A stretch of 33,612 nucleotides of DNA from Thraustochytrium aureum (taxonomy: Eukaryota), in contig BLSG01000337.1 in assembly GCA_012862495.1 (NCBI GenBank), positions 58,707 to 92,318 of the forward strand. Reading direction: 5' to 3'. The position numbers were made by a program, and so were the translations under genes. Under the pieces are notes generated by a model, which was not told where the DNA came from, ran no database searches, and worked only from the letters and a program-made list of their open reading frames with translations. This document shows positions 21,247 through 31,908 of this stretch, one piece after another (the stretch's first letter is position 1; every line of letters starts with the position of its first letter).

Positions 21247-24042
21247 CGTGCCGCCGCACGCGCTCGGCAAGCCGCCGCGTGGGCGCTCGCCGCGCCGCGT
21301 GCTGCCGGGGTTCGGTCGAGAGCGCGCCTCGCGCTCCAGCGTCCAAACGGTCTTTGTCCCTTCGCGGCCCTCGTGCGGGCGGCTTCCTCGCCAGCGCGGA
21401 GCACTCGCGCGGGGCGACGGTGGCGGCCGATTGCCGTGCGCGGCCTGCCCTGCCCTCGCAGCACAGCAGCCTGGCGCTCCTGCTGGATGGGTGGGCGGGT
21501 GGATGGATGGATAGATGCAAGCACCGTTGATCGAGCGATCGAGCGATCGATCAACCGATCGGCGAATGCTTGCCTTGCCGCCAGAGCCCAATCGCCCGTG
21601 TGATCAATCACTCTGCCGCCGCGGCTGCCCCCTTCCTCTGCCTGCGCCGCAGCAAACTCAACTCTTGAGCAGGTGCTGCGCCTCCGCGGCAACTCAAGAG
21701 CAAGCAAGGGCTCGCTCGCTCTCGGACTACCCGCATACTCTACTGCACTCGACCACCACCGCCGGCATGGGGCTCGCGGCCGGCCGTGCCGGGCTCGCGG
21801 GCTTGGAGGAGCTGGCTGCCACGAGGCTGGCTGGCTTGCTTGCTTGCTCAATGCTTGTGCTGCTGGCTGGCTTGGCTGGCCGGCCGGCCTGGCTGCGGAG
21901 GATTCGCGATGTCGCTGGGAGTGGGCTGGCGGCTGGAAAACCGTTGCACTCTGTCACCGCCGCCTCACAACTGTCACACCAAGCGCCGATTTGAATGGAG
22001 CAGGTCCCGACGACGACGATCAACCCCAGTTTAGCGAGCGCCGCGGCGCAGTCCATGAGTCACACGTCATGCACGCGCGAGGGCGACTTCGAAAGAGAAA
22101 CCGGGAGCTGGCCAAGCGTGGCAAAGCAACACTTCGGGCGTAAACGAGCCACAAACCTACGGTGCTCCAAGCCCTTGCAGCAGCGCCAGCCCAGCCCAGC
22201 TCACTAGGCCATTCGCCACTGGAAGTCGCTCTGCGCTGCCCGAGCCCAGCTGGTCGTCGGTCGCGAAAGTGGCGCGCTATGCCGCCAACGGTGCGACATG
22301 GAGCGATTTTCGGGGCCTCCTTGCAGGGGCTTGAGAGCATCGCTCCGACGATCCAGGAGGATTCGGTAGATGAAGTCTCACGCTGCACCACATGCTGCGT
22401 GTTGCCGCGTCCCTGTTGACTGGCCAGTCCTCCTGCGGCTTTCCTTCCTTTCAGTGTTTCGTTGGTCGGTTGCACGCCGGGCGACCTCGCCGAGACCTCT
22501 CAGCAGCCCAGATCAGTTCTGTCCTGCCGGTGACGTTGCCAAGCTTGTCGGATTGCTCATCCCTGGCCCGAAGGACGCTGGTGACCCGGACGTGGCTTGG
22601 ATAGCTTGGCAAAGTCGTGCGAGTTTCAAACCGGTCCACCAAGCCCCGCTCATGGGTTTCTCCTGCTGTTCGTGCCAGTTCTGGATTCTTTGCAGCGTGC
22701 TCCGCACTCGCTGCTCGCGAGGCACGCATGAGTCAGCCAAATGCGCGCCACAAGATATGCTNNNNNNNNNNNNNNNNNNNNNNNNNNNNNNNNNNNNNNN
22801 NNNNNNNNNNNNNNNNNNNNNNNNNNNNNNNNNNNNNNNNNNNNNNNNNNNNNNNNNNNNNNNNNNNNNNNAGTTGCATGATGAGGAGGCGCTCTCCGGA
22901 CCTCGAAAGGCAGTATCATTTGGGGCATTGTGTTGTGCCATGCTGGAGAGGCCCCAGACACGCGCACGATGCTGATCAATCTTGTTGGACCGAGTTGACT
23001 CTGCTTTTCGACACATACTCAACCAACGAGCAAGCCTGCCGAGTTCGGTGCGCTTCCGCGAGGCTCACGCCGCCGCCGCCTGCCATGCCAACTATTGCCT
23101 CCTCTACTTTGCATCCTGATTCTCGGGCAGCGGCCCCACAGCAAGCCTGCTCCTACTGCTCCTAGAGTCGCACGGATTCTTCACGGGTTGACAGGCGTTG
23201 GGTCTCGGGCGGCTCGCTCTTCCAACATGCACCTCGGCAGTGGCAGGCGTCGGGGTGATTGGACCGGCGGGCTGCTCGGGGCCAGCGAGTAGCCTACAAA
23301 ACTCCACCATCCACTTCGCCAGTGCGGGCCAGGTACGGGCCGTGCCGCGGCAACTCGCGACAAAGCAGAAAAAAACCAGCGCGCCTGTCAAGTCCATCCC
23401 CTTCCTGCTCCCTGCGCTCAAGGATGCTGCTGGTGTGTAGTTAGATAGACTCGTTACCGACGCCACGGCGTCGCTCATCGGCATCAACCTGAGAGCACCG
23501 CGCAAAAACTCCGAGACCGCCCGTGGGCAAAGGACTCGATGATCCTCCATTCCATTGGCCTGTCGTCACCGACGCCAGGTCCACAAGCATCACTCCTCTG
23601 CTCTGCCCGTGACTCGAACGCTGTTCTCCACGACGTGTGTGCCTTTGTGCGTGGGTCCTACCCTTCTCGAGTACAGTAAGGAGGCTGAAGGCCAACCGTG
23701 TCGTCACGTGCACGCAACAATCGGGAGATCCAATTGCCAGCAACCGAGGCCGTCCTCGGTAAACGACTTGAGGCTCGCCCATACCATGGGCCGTGGCCGG
23801 CTGCACTGGGGCGCGACCATTCCTTCAAGATTGCGGCACATGCTGCGCTCGCAGCCATCAGTTTCTGCACGTGTAATTCGTTCGAACGAGACAGAAAGTC
23901 TCAGCAGCCTGACACCGCCAGGGCATCTGTTCGCGCGACAGTTGCAACGCGCCGAGGAGACAGACCTGTAGGGATTGGCAGGAGCCGAGAGAATACAACA
24001 AGAAAACCAATGCCGCCGTCCGTGATGAACTGCGGACGAAAA

Positions 24043-24104
24043 AGTAGAGTACTCTAAGAGGAGTAGAGTACTCTAGCTAGCTACTAGAGTACCTCAGAGT
24101 ACTC
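24043..24104. repeat. Cluster of GAGTAC/GAGTACTC palindromes
   Basis: The perfect 12-bp palindrome TAGAGTACTCTA at 24045 and 24064, then TAGCTAGCTA, TAGAGTACC and GAGTACTC. Confidence 0.85.
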
Positions 24105-24352
24105 AAGGCTCTTGATTGAGATTCATCACCCGACGCAGCGCACTCTTTGCGGGTGCAGCGAGTCTGACGAAATCTGAATCTGACCGAGTGATGACGATCA
24201 CCGGGCTCGACTCGTTCACTTCCAGCTCCAGTCACGCAACGACAGACGACATCTGGCATCCTCGAGCACACGGGCATTGACGAGCAGACGGACGGACGCG
24301 GACAACCGGAGGTCAGAAGTCTTGAAGCCCAGGCGTGAATCACCGAAGCCGT

Positions 24353-27300
24353 ATGGCGCGACCGAAAGAGGACTCGCCTGATGAACGAGATCCTGACGTG
24401 GAGTGCGGTCGTTCTGCGTGCAGCTCGACATCAAGCAAGACACAGGACGAGAACGACAACCCAACTGACTGGAAGGTATGGAACCAGCACGAGTGGTACG
24501 CCTTCCTGCGCATTTCGTGCGACTACGCCTTCAGTTTCTTTCTGTTGCTGGTGGCCGTAGGCTTGGCGGTGTTCTGGATCGCTGTGGCGATGCAGGAGGG
24601 CGCGTGCCAAGCCACTTTTGAGATCGCCACGGATTGCCCAAGCGTCCTCTCTGTCGTGCAGGCTAGCGCGACGCCGCAGGTGCTCTGGGATGGGGAATGC
24701 GTGGACGTTGTGGGCGTGGAGGGCCTGCTGGGCGCAATGGACTCGACGTTTCCGAACGACTTCCTGAACCGCTTGGTGGAGAAGAGCTACGAGGAGGCAG
24801 ACGCAAGCGAAGCTCTGGCAGCGGAAATCAACGTTTGCTTCTCGGAGCCGAGCATGGCAGTGCTCTTCGCTCTCACGTGGGTCTGGTGGATTGCTGCTCT
24901 GTACGCCGCAACGTTGCTCGGATCGAGCGCCAGCAGGCAGCTTCGCAACTCCTCGTTCCTGCCTTTCATGGTGCAGCTGAGCTCGACGAATGCGACACAA
25001 GAACAAATCCTCCATGCAGTCAACTTGTGGCTCGGGAAGGAGTCTGAAGATCAACAAGACGATTACAATGCCGCCCGACAGAAAGAGAGTGTAAACCCGG
25101 GCCCAGCCGCAGTCACAAATGACCAGCAGGGCGAGAGAAACCTGAATGAGAAAATCCTCCATGGATTCAAGGCCTTTCGCCTCGCGTTGGGATGGATCTT
25201 GCTGCCGTGGAACGCACCGAAGTGGGAACGGACCTCAAAGGAGCCCTGGATCAAATCTGACACGTTTAAACCTGACGCCGATGGCCACCTGGAAAAGATT
25301 GAGAAAGCACGGGAGAGGAAGAGGGTTCTGGAGTTGGAATTGGAGGTCGCGTCGTCGAAGAAGTGGGACAAGGAGAAGGATCTGGAAACCCTGAAAGTCG
25401 ATCTAAAGTCCAGGAAGAAGGTCCTGGAGCGGCTAGATAAGGCGGCTGTCAAAGCCGAAAACCGATTGGAGAAGGAGAAGGCGCGTCTTACCGAAGTGCA
25501 GGTGCGCCTGACGGACTTGGAGCACCGTAAAACCCAGCTGGACGGCACAGAGAACGCCGCAGCTGTCATTGCTGAGCTCGACGCGTTTGAAGTAGAAAGG
25601 AGCAACCAAGCCGACCTAGTCCAAGAATGCCAGAGCAAATACGATAAGGCGAAGACCAGGCGCGACGAGGCTTCTGAGGGCGTCCGAATGACCGAGCAGG
25701 AAATAGCTGCCATTGAGGAAGAGGTGCATAAGCTCGCTGTAAAGGTGAAGGACACAAAGGAGAACCTGAAGTCGAAGAAAAAGGAGCTGATCCAAGGAGA
25801 GCAAGACAAGGCCAAGTACAAGCTGGGCCATTACAAGAGGATCTGGCGCGCCCTGAGCTACGCTTTTCTCATTGTTTCTGTGATTCTCACGCTCGTCGCC
25901 ATCGCGTCGCTGCTGGCTGCAATCATCGCGGCCGTATCTACGCCCACAAGCACGGAGCCAACTCTTGGCGCCTGTGCAAGCCCCGCTCAGCTGGTGGCGG
26001 CCTTGCCGGCGCCGCAGATCTCATTCGGCGGCATTTGTGCGGAGCGTGAGGAGGTGGTAGAGGTCCTGACCGTGGTTGAGCGCGCCAACGGCGTGCGCGA
26101 GGACTTCGACAGCCTGCTGGACCAGCTCGACGCGCTGGACGCCAAGAGCAAAAACATCAAGTCAGACAAGCGGTTGCTGCGTCAGTTCTCGCGTCGCGTC
26201 GCAGTCTGCAGAAGCACCAACACCAAACGCGGCCTGTCGATGTGGCTGCGCACTGTAGGCCTGTCCCTGTCTGTGCCTTTCCTCTACGGCTTCTGGAAGT
26301 ACGTCAACATCCCGAACCCAGGTGGGTTCCTGACTTCCACCTTGCTGTTCTGCATGGAGTGCAAGGGTGGGGCGAGAAAGTTCCTGCGTACCGTTCGGCG
26401 AAGGGGTTCGCGTGCGGTCCAGAAGGTTGTCGATGCGTGCGCCAAAGCCAAGGAAATACGCAGGTTTCCTCCCTTCGTCGCGAAGGGGGTGGTAGCGTTT
26501 TTCGCGCTGATTGTGTCCTTGTGCCAGTCAAAACGGCAGGAGCGGGCCAGATCAAATCCTCCGTCCAGGGCATCACAGCCTTCAACACCGCGTTCATCAC
26601 TGCGTTCGTTTTCATCCTCTTCTGATGAGGAGACCGAGCCAGAAGTGCTGCGCGACTTGTGCGCGACGCACAACTGCCTGACAACCAAGGGGCACTGCCC
26701 CCAGTGCGAATGCTTTGCTCACAGCTACCGGCGACGCGAGCTCGTTCATGGCGAGCTCGTCTGCACAGACTGCTTCTGCACCAACGAGGAAAACCACATC
26801 AAGCATGAGGCGAAAGTTCGCGGCAAGGACGGCGCGTTGGTCTGCCGAATGTGCACCTGTATGGCGCACACGCCTTATGCGCAACGCCAAATGATCAAGG
26901 GGAATCTCGTCTGCCTTACTTGCAGATGTGTCAGTGATGACCACGAAGAAGTCGTGCAGAAAGTGACTGACAAGGGCGGCAAGTTGGTCTGCCCTGAGTG
27001 CATTTGCATGGCCCACAAGCCGTACGCCCACCGCGAGCTTATCGAAGGCGAGCTTGTCTGCCAAACCTGTTTCTGCGTCAGTGACAACCACGACGAACTC
27101 GTGCGGAAAGTGCCCGACAAGGGCGGCGTGTTGGTCTGCCCTGAGTGCGTTTGCATGGCCCACAAGCCGTACGCCCTCCGCGACCTTATCAAAGGCAAGC
27201 TTGTCTGCCAGACGTGCAACTGTGCCAGTGCCAACCACGACGAAGTCGTGCAGAAGGTGACTGACAAGGGCGGCAAGTTTGTCTGCCCCGAGTGCATATG

Positions 27301-28866
27301 CATGGCCCACAAGCCGCCGTACGTCCACCGGGAGCTTGTCAACGGCAAGCTTCTGTGCCAAACCTGTTTCTGTGTCAGTCACAACCACAAGGACGCTATT
27401 GCCCGCGTGCCAGACGTGGACGGTGTGCTCTACTGCCTTGAGTGCACATGCATGGCGCACAAGCCGTACGCGCAACGTCAGGTGATTGAGGGAAGCCTCG
27501 TCTGCCAGACCTGCACATGTGTCAGTGAAGACCATGACGAATTCGTGCAGAAAGTGCGTGACAAGGACGGCAACTCCGTCTGTCCTGCATGCATTTGCAT
27601 GAAACACGACCCGGGCGTGCAGCGCGAGCTAATCAATGGCAAGCTCGTCTGCGACAGGTGCAACTGCGTCAACGAGGCCAATCATCCCGAGCCCGAGGCT
27701 CGCGTTTCTACAAAAGACGGTGGTCCGCTGCACTGCCCCAAGTGCACGTGCACAGACGCAAGCCAGCATCCAGACAAGGTGGTCGAATGCAAATGGCGAC
27801 AGCATTCAGACAAGCAGCATCGCAGGACGCTGGAATGCCCGCGCTGCTTCTGCGAGCTGTGCGGGCGCAACTTCCGCGGCCACGTGTACTGCCCTGCGTG
27901 CTTCTGCATGCACGGCACGCCTCAGGGGAGATCGTGTGCGAGGTGCATGCAACTGCCCAAGCTGCTGACCCGCAAGCGCATTGCAAAGCTGACCGCGCTG
28001 CTGTACAAGTCTGGCGAGCTCGGTCTGCCTTTTGATAAGTCTGCAGCCGTGTCGTGGCAGGACGTGTTTCTAGCCATTTCGCACATGGGGGCGTCGGACA
28101 CCATCGGCCCGCTGGACCAAGAGCGATTCGCGGTGAGCCGCAGGCGATTCCTGGGCCAGAGCATCATCAGCCTGCTCAAGATCGCCGCCGCGGCCAACCC
28201 AGACAACCATGACCGCGACAGCGACGAGGAGCTAAACGCTTTTGCGAACTGCAAGGCGATGGAGGGAGTGATTGGCTACAAGGCGTGGCAGGTGTTGAGT
28301 CCCGTCTACGAACTGCGACGCGGCAAATGGGTGCCGATGGTTTCTCTGACGCCTTTTACGACGCATACATGCCAATTGACGTTGCGCATACCGCCGGCTT
28401 GCCGACGTCGAAACACTTGACGGATATGCTCTCAGGCGCGTACGAGTGGATGCAAAGGGAGTGGAGCGCTTCCGAGATTGCTAGGGACTCGCCGTGGCAC
28501 GACGTGGTGGTGGAGGGCGACCTCGCGGAGCTCGCCATGGTGCAGCCTACTTTGCTCTCGTTGACAGAACTGCAGCCCGTGCTGACCTCAGCTGAGCTGG
28601 CCTACGTCGCAGATGCACGCGAGGGACTGGCCTGGAACGGCGACAGCCCGAAACGGCGCCGTGTTGCTCCTGCCTCCCCACGCACGCAGGCCAAGTTCGA
28701 GCAGTTGGTCCAGCTTGCACAGCGCGTTCTGACTGCCAACCAGGTCTCCTTCGACCAGACCGGCCGAGAGGCCATGCGGCGCGCAAGCGGCCGTGCTTCT
28801 CGCCGCAGTCGGAGGTCGTTGGCGGTGGTGGCGGCTAGGCCAGAATTCGACGAAGACGACCAATGA
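24353..28866 (+). CDS. Orphan multi-pass membrane protein with coiled coil, tandem CHCC zinc-ribbon array and C-terminal RNase III-like region; one frameshift near 28334
   Basis: ORF 24335..28420 (first ATG 24353) continues in ORF 28285..28866; one extra C gives GKWV-P-DGFSDAF. Four clear hydrophobic helices, a K/E-rich heptad region at 25290-25830, and Cys/His repeats at 26660-27946. Confidence 0.8.
26696..27735 (+). repeat. Intragenic ~147-bp (49-aa) tandem repeat, about 7 units
   Basis: Consensus CPECxCMAHKPYAxRELIxGxLVCQTCxCVSxxHDExVxKVxDKGGxLV; the nucleotide motif tgcatggcccacaagccg recurs. Confidence 0.92.
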
Positions 28867-29323
28867 GGACGACGACCGCTGGAGAGGAGTAACAGGATCT
28901 TAGCTTTTTTGTTTGTATGCGCGCTTGCCCCCTGTCCAGGCTCTTGATGTACTCCATGTGGTTGGGTGTTAGAGTACGCTAAACGACGGGAGGCGCGACC
29001 TTTGGAATAAAAGTGAGCAAACCCGTGCTGCCACCGCAGGCAGCACCAACAGGGACGTCTCGCTGCGCAACTGAAGCGACGCGCTGGAGCGCGCCCGGGC
29101 CATCGCCACGGAGGCTCTGGACAAGCCCAGGATGAATCAAGGAAACCCCCACGAGGCTGGCACGACACGTCCGTGGAAAATAGTCGAGGATCGACTCAAT
29201 GCGGTTGGTGGGTGAACTGCATTCGTTCACGCTCGGAGAGAAGTCAGCATGAGTCGCTGGCTCGATCAGGACTTGCAGTCGCGAATGCCCCAGTCAAGGC
29301 GGGAGCCCTGCGCTGGCAGTGCG

Positions 29324-31275
29324 CTACTCTACGAAGTGAGTTTCGAGTATTGCCCGAGCGAGCCCGCGCAATTCGTCGCTTGGGTAGTAGCTGCCCCTGA
29401 ACCTGGACGATACCGGCTCGCCATCTGCCAGGTTGGAGACCAGTCTGCGGGCGCCCAGCCCAAGCGCGCGCTCTACGTGCGGGTTGTCCCCGCCGACTTG
29501 GCCTCCTGCTTGTGCGCCAGCGTCGAGGACCCTTGCGAGAATCTCGATGGACTTGTAGACCAGATGATTGTTATCGTCCCCCGTCCATTCCAAGCGTGCA
29601 TTGAAAGGCGGGACCGGGGTTATCGCCAAGACGAGCGCCTTCAGAATGGCGCAGCGCGCGACTATGTGGCGGATCTGCTCGTTGCTGGCCGTCTCGATGG
29701 CGTTGGCGACGGCGGCGCTGGCGTTCAGCCGAATGCGTTCTGTGTCGCGCTCCGCGTCGCCGAGGCTGAATAGCTTGAGCAGCGGCTGGATGAGACCTGC
29801 GCGAATCGCGAGGTCAATCTGCTCTTGGGTGCCGCACATGAGGTTTACTGTCAGTTCGGTTGCCTGCCGCCAATCTCGTACCAGTCGTCGGGCTTGGGCC
29901 AAACGACGAGAATCCCGTTGCGCCTGATCTGCGAGTCATTGAGCCCATTCGGCTTGCACAGCAACTTGCGCAGCGCCGGCAGCGCGCCGCTGTCAAACAC
30001 TACTTGCATCTCCTCGTTGTCTCCAGCCGCAAACACTCGGAGGGCGACGATAGCGCTGCGCGCCGTGCCAGGGCGCTCGAGCAGCTCCGCGCAGCGCGCG
30101 GGCAGGTCAAGCTCAATAAGGATCGGCCTGACGCCGTCATAGCTGAGCGAAGCAAGCGCGAAGAGCAGGGCGGTGACGACTTCGTCGTCCTTGGAGCCAA
30201 GGCGAGCGAGAACCTTTGCCAAGGCCGGCCGCAGAGCGCTCGCAGGGCCAATCAAGGGCGCGGCGCCGCACTTGAGGAGGTCATCAAACACACTCTTCGT
30301 CTCTGAGATGAGCGCCACAGACCCAACGCGGACGTCTGCCACGTGATGGAGCAGACGTGGCACTAAGCCGAGCTCGCACGCAAGGTTGGCGGCGTCCATG
30401 GCGCCGTCTGTCCCAGAGTCCGAGATCGCCGCGCCAATGGCCTGAACGGCCCACAACAGCGCGTCCAAATCCTCATCATCGCTGATGGCCTGGATCAGGA
30501 GCCTGACCACGCTTGGTTCCTGCAGCTCCTTGTCCACCACGTAGCGCATGCTCCACAGCTCTGTTCTGACGGCACGCAGGACGAGCGCATCGCGCGAGTG
30601 CAGCAAAAGGAAAATCAAGCGCATCGGCACCCCGGCTTTCTCGAGGGCCTCCTCGAACCGATCGGTCTGGAGTTGCATTTCCTCGTGAAGGGCCACATAC
30701 TCGGCCTCGCTCGCGATGCGCAAGCGGCTGGGTGATGCAAAGGGCGGATGCTGCGCTTGCCCGTGCCCTTGGCGCTCATTTTTGAAGCGAGACTCGAAAT
30801 AGTCCCTAGAATCAGAGACCTCTTCTGCAGCTTCGCTTATCGCAGTACGCAGCTCGCCCACGGCTTCTAGGCAACGTCGTTGCTGGTCAGGGTCATCGGA
30901 CATGACACCAGCCACAAGCTGGTCGAGCCGCCCCAGGCGAGGGCCGAGGTCCGCCCAGGAAGGGGTCGGTTGCAGCATGCCCGGCTCAGGCGCAAGGGGG
31001 CTCCGGCTGAACACGGCCAGCGACGCGGTCTTCGCTCTCTCGAACGGGTCACCTTGTGGCGCCGGCTTTCCAACCTCGAGCTCGCGAAACCCAAACCAGA
31101 CCAGGAACTGCGAGCGGCTGGGCTCATACCCGTCATTCAACAGCCCTGCTGCCTGCAGGTCCAGGAACGTAATCGCCTTCGCCTTGGCGACGCTCGCGTG
31201 CGTCCTGAGAATCGCCTCAGCGTGTCGCTCCAGCCCCAAGTTGACGAGCGTGGCGCGGACCAGCGCGGCCTCCAT
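29324..31275 (-). CDS. Divergent importin-alpha-like ARM-repeat protein with SAM-like N-terminus; one frameshift near 29870
   Basis: LVAGVMSDDPDQQ, LGSKDDEVVTALLFALASLSYDG, AGDNEEMQVVFDSGALPALRKLL, NLMCGTQEQIDLAIRAGLIQPLLKL, and a C-terminal ARAILETHF typical of importin-alpha. Joins ORFs 29851..31299 and 29324..29902. Confidence 0.75.
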
Positions 31276-31897
31276 TCTGTGCGCCGGCCGGCCAAGCAAG
31301 CAGCCGCCGAAGCACGTAAGCCAGCGCGCCTGCGTCTGGCGGCACTCCCTCCTTCGGCAGCCGCGCAGCCCGCGTCGAGAGCTCGCAAGCGGGCAAGCCC
31401 ACCCTCCGAGAAAGGTCAGTCCACCGCTTCAAGCGCCTCCATCCACGCGCCAGGCTCCCACCAGCGGTCCCGCAGGCCAGCGCCGCGTCCAGCCGCAGTC
31501 CTCGCGAGCTGCGCAGCAGCACACAATTCGTTCTGGCTCTGCCAAGCGTGCGTGCGCGCGCCCGGATCGCGCCTTTCTCGCGTCAAGTCCCAACTTCGCC
31601 ATCGCAGAAAAAAAAAAAAAGCGCGCTCGCCGGCGGGGTCGTCGGCATTCGCGTCGCACGAGCAGCAGAGCAGCAGAGCAGCGGAGCAGCGGAGCATCAC
31701 CGCACGCTGCCGCGCCGTCCACAGCGCGAACGAAGCGCGTCTGCGCTGCCCTGCCCATCGCGCTGGCGAACGGCCGGCCGGCCTCCCACGATTCCAAATC
31801 CACGTCACACACGGGGTCCGCCGTGACGAGCCCAGGGCGCGGATGGACTGGGCCGTGAACTGCTCCTTTGATCGCTGGCGGTTGTCCATACTCCAGA

Positions 31898-31908
31898 GCA
31901 GGCAGGCA

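Noticed and set aside
22513..22575. FGPGMSNPTSLATSPAG resembling the GQSNPTY motif of ACAD10/APH phosphotransferases
   Set aside because: A stop follows immediately and no downstream kinase motifs are visible.
26660..27946. Cys/His array as a multiheme cytochrome c
   Set aside because: No CxxCH motifs; the pattern is CxxC-x-CxxH.
22000..31300. Endogenous virus or autonomous transposon
   Set aside because: No capsid, integrase, transposase, reverse transcriptase, polymerase or terminal repeats recognised.
31607..31620. A14 tract as a retroposon tail
   Set aside because: No element body or target-site duplication; it sits in a divergent promoter region.
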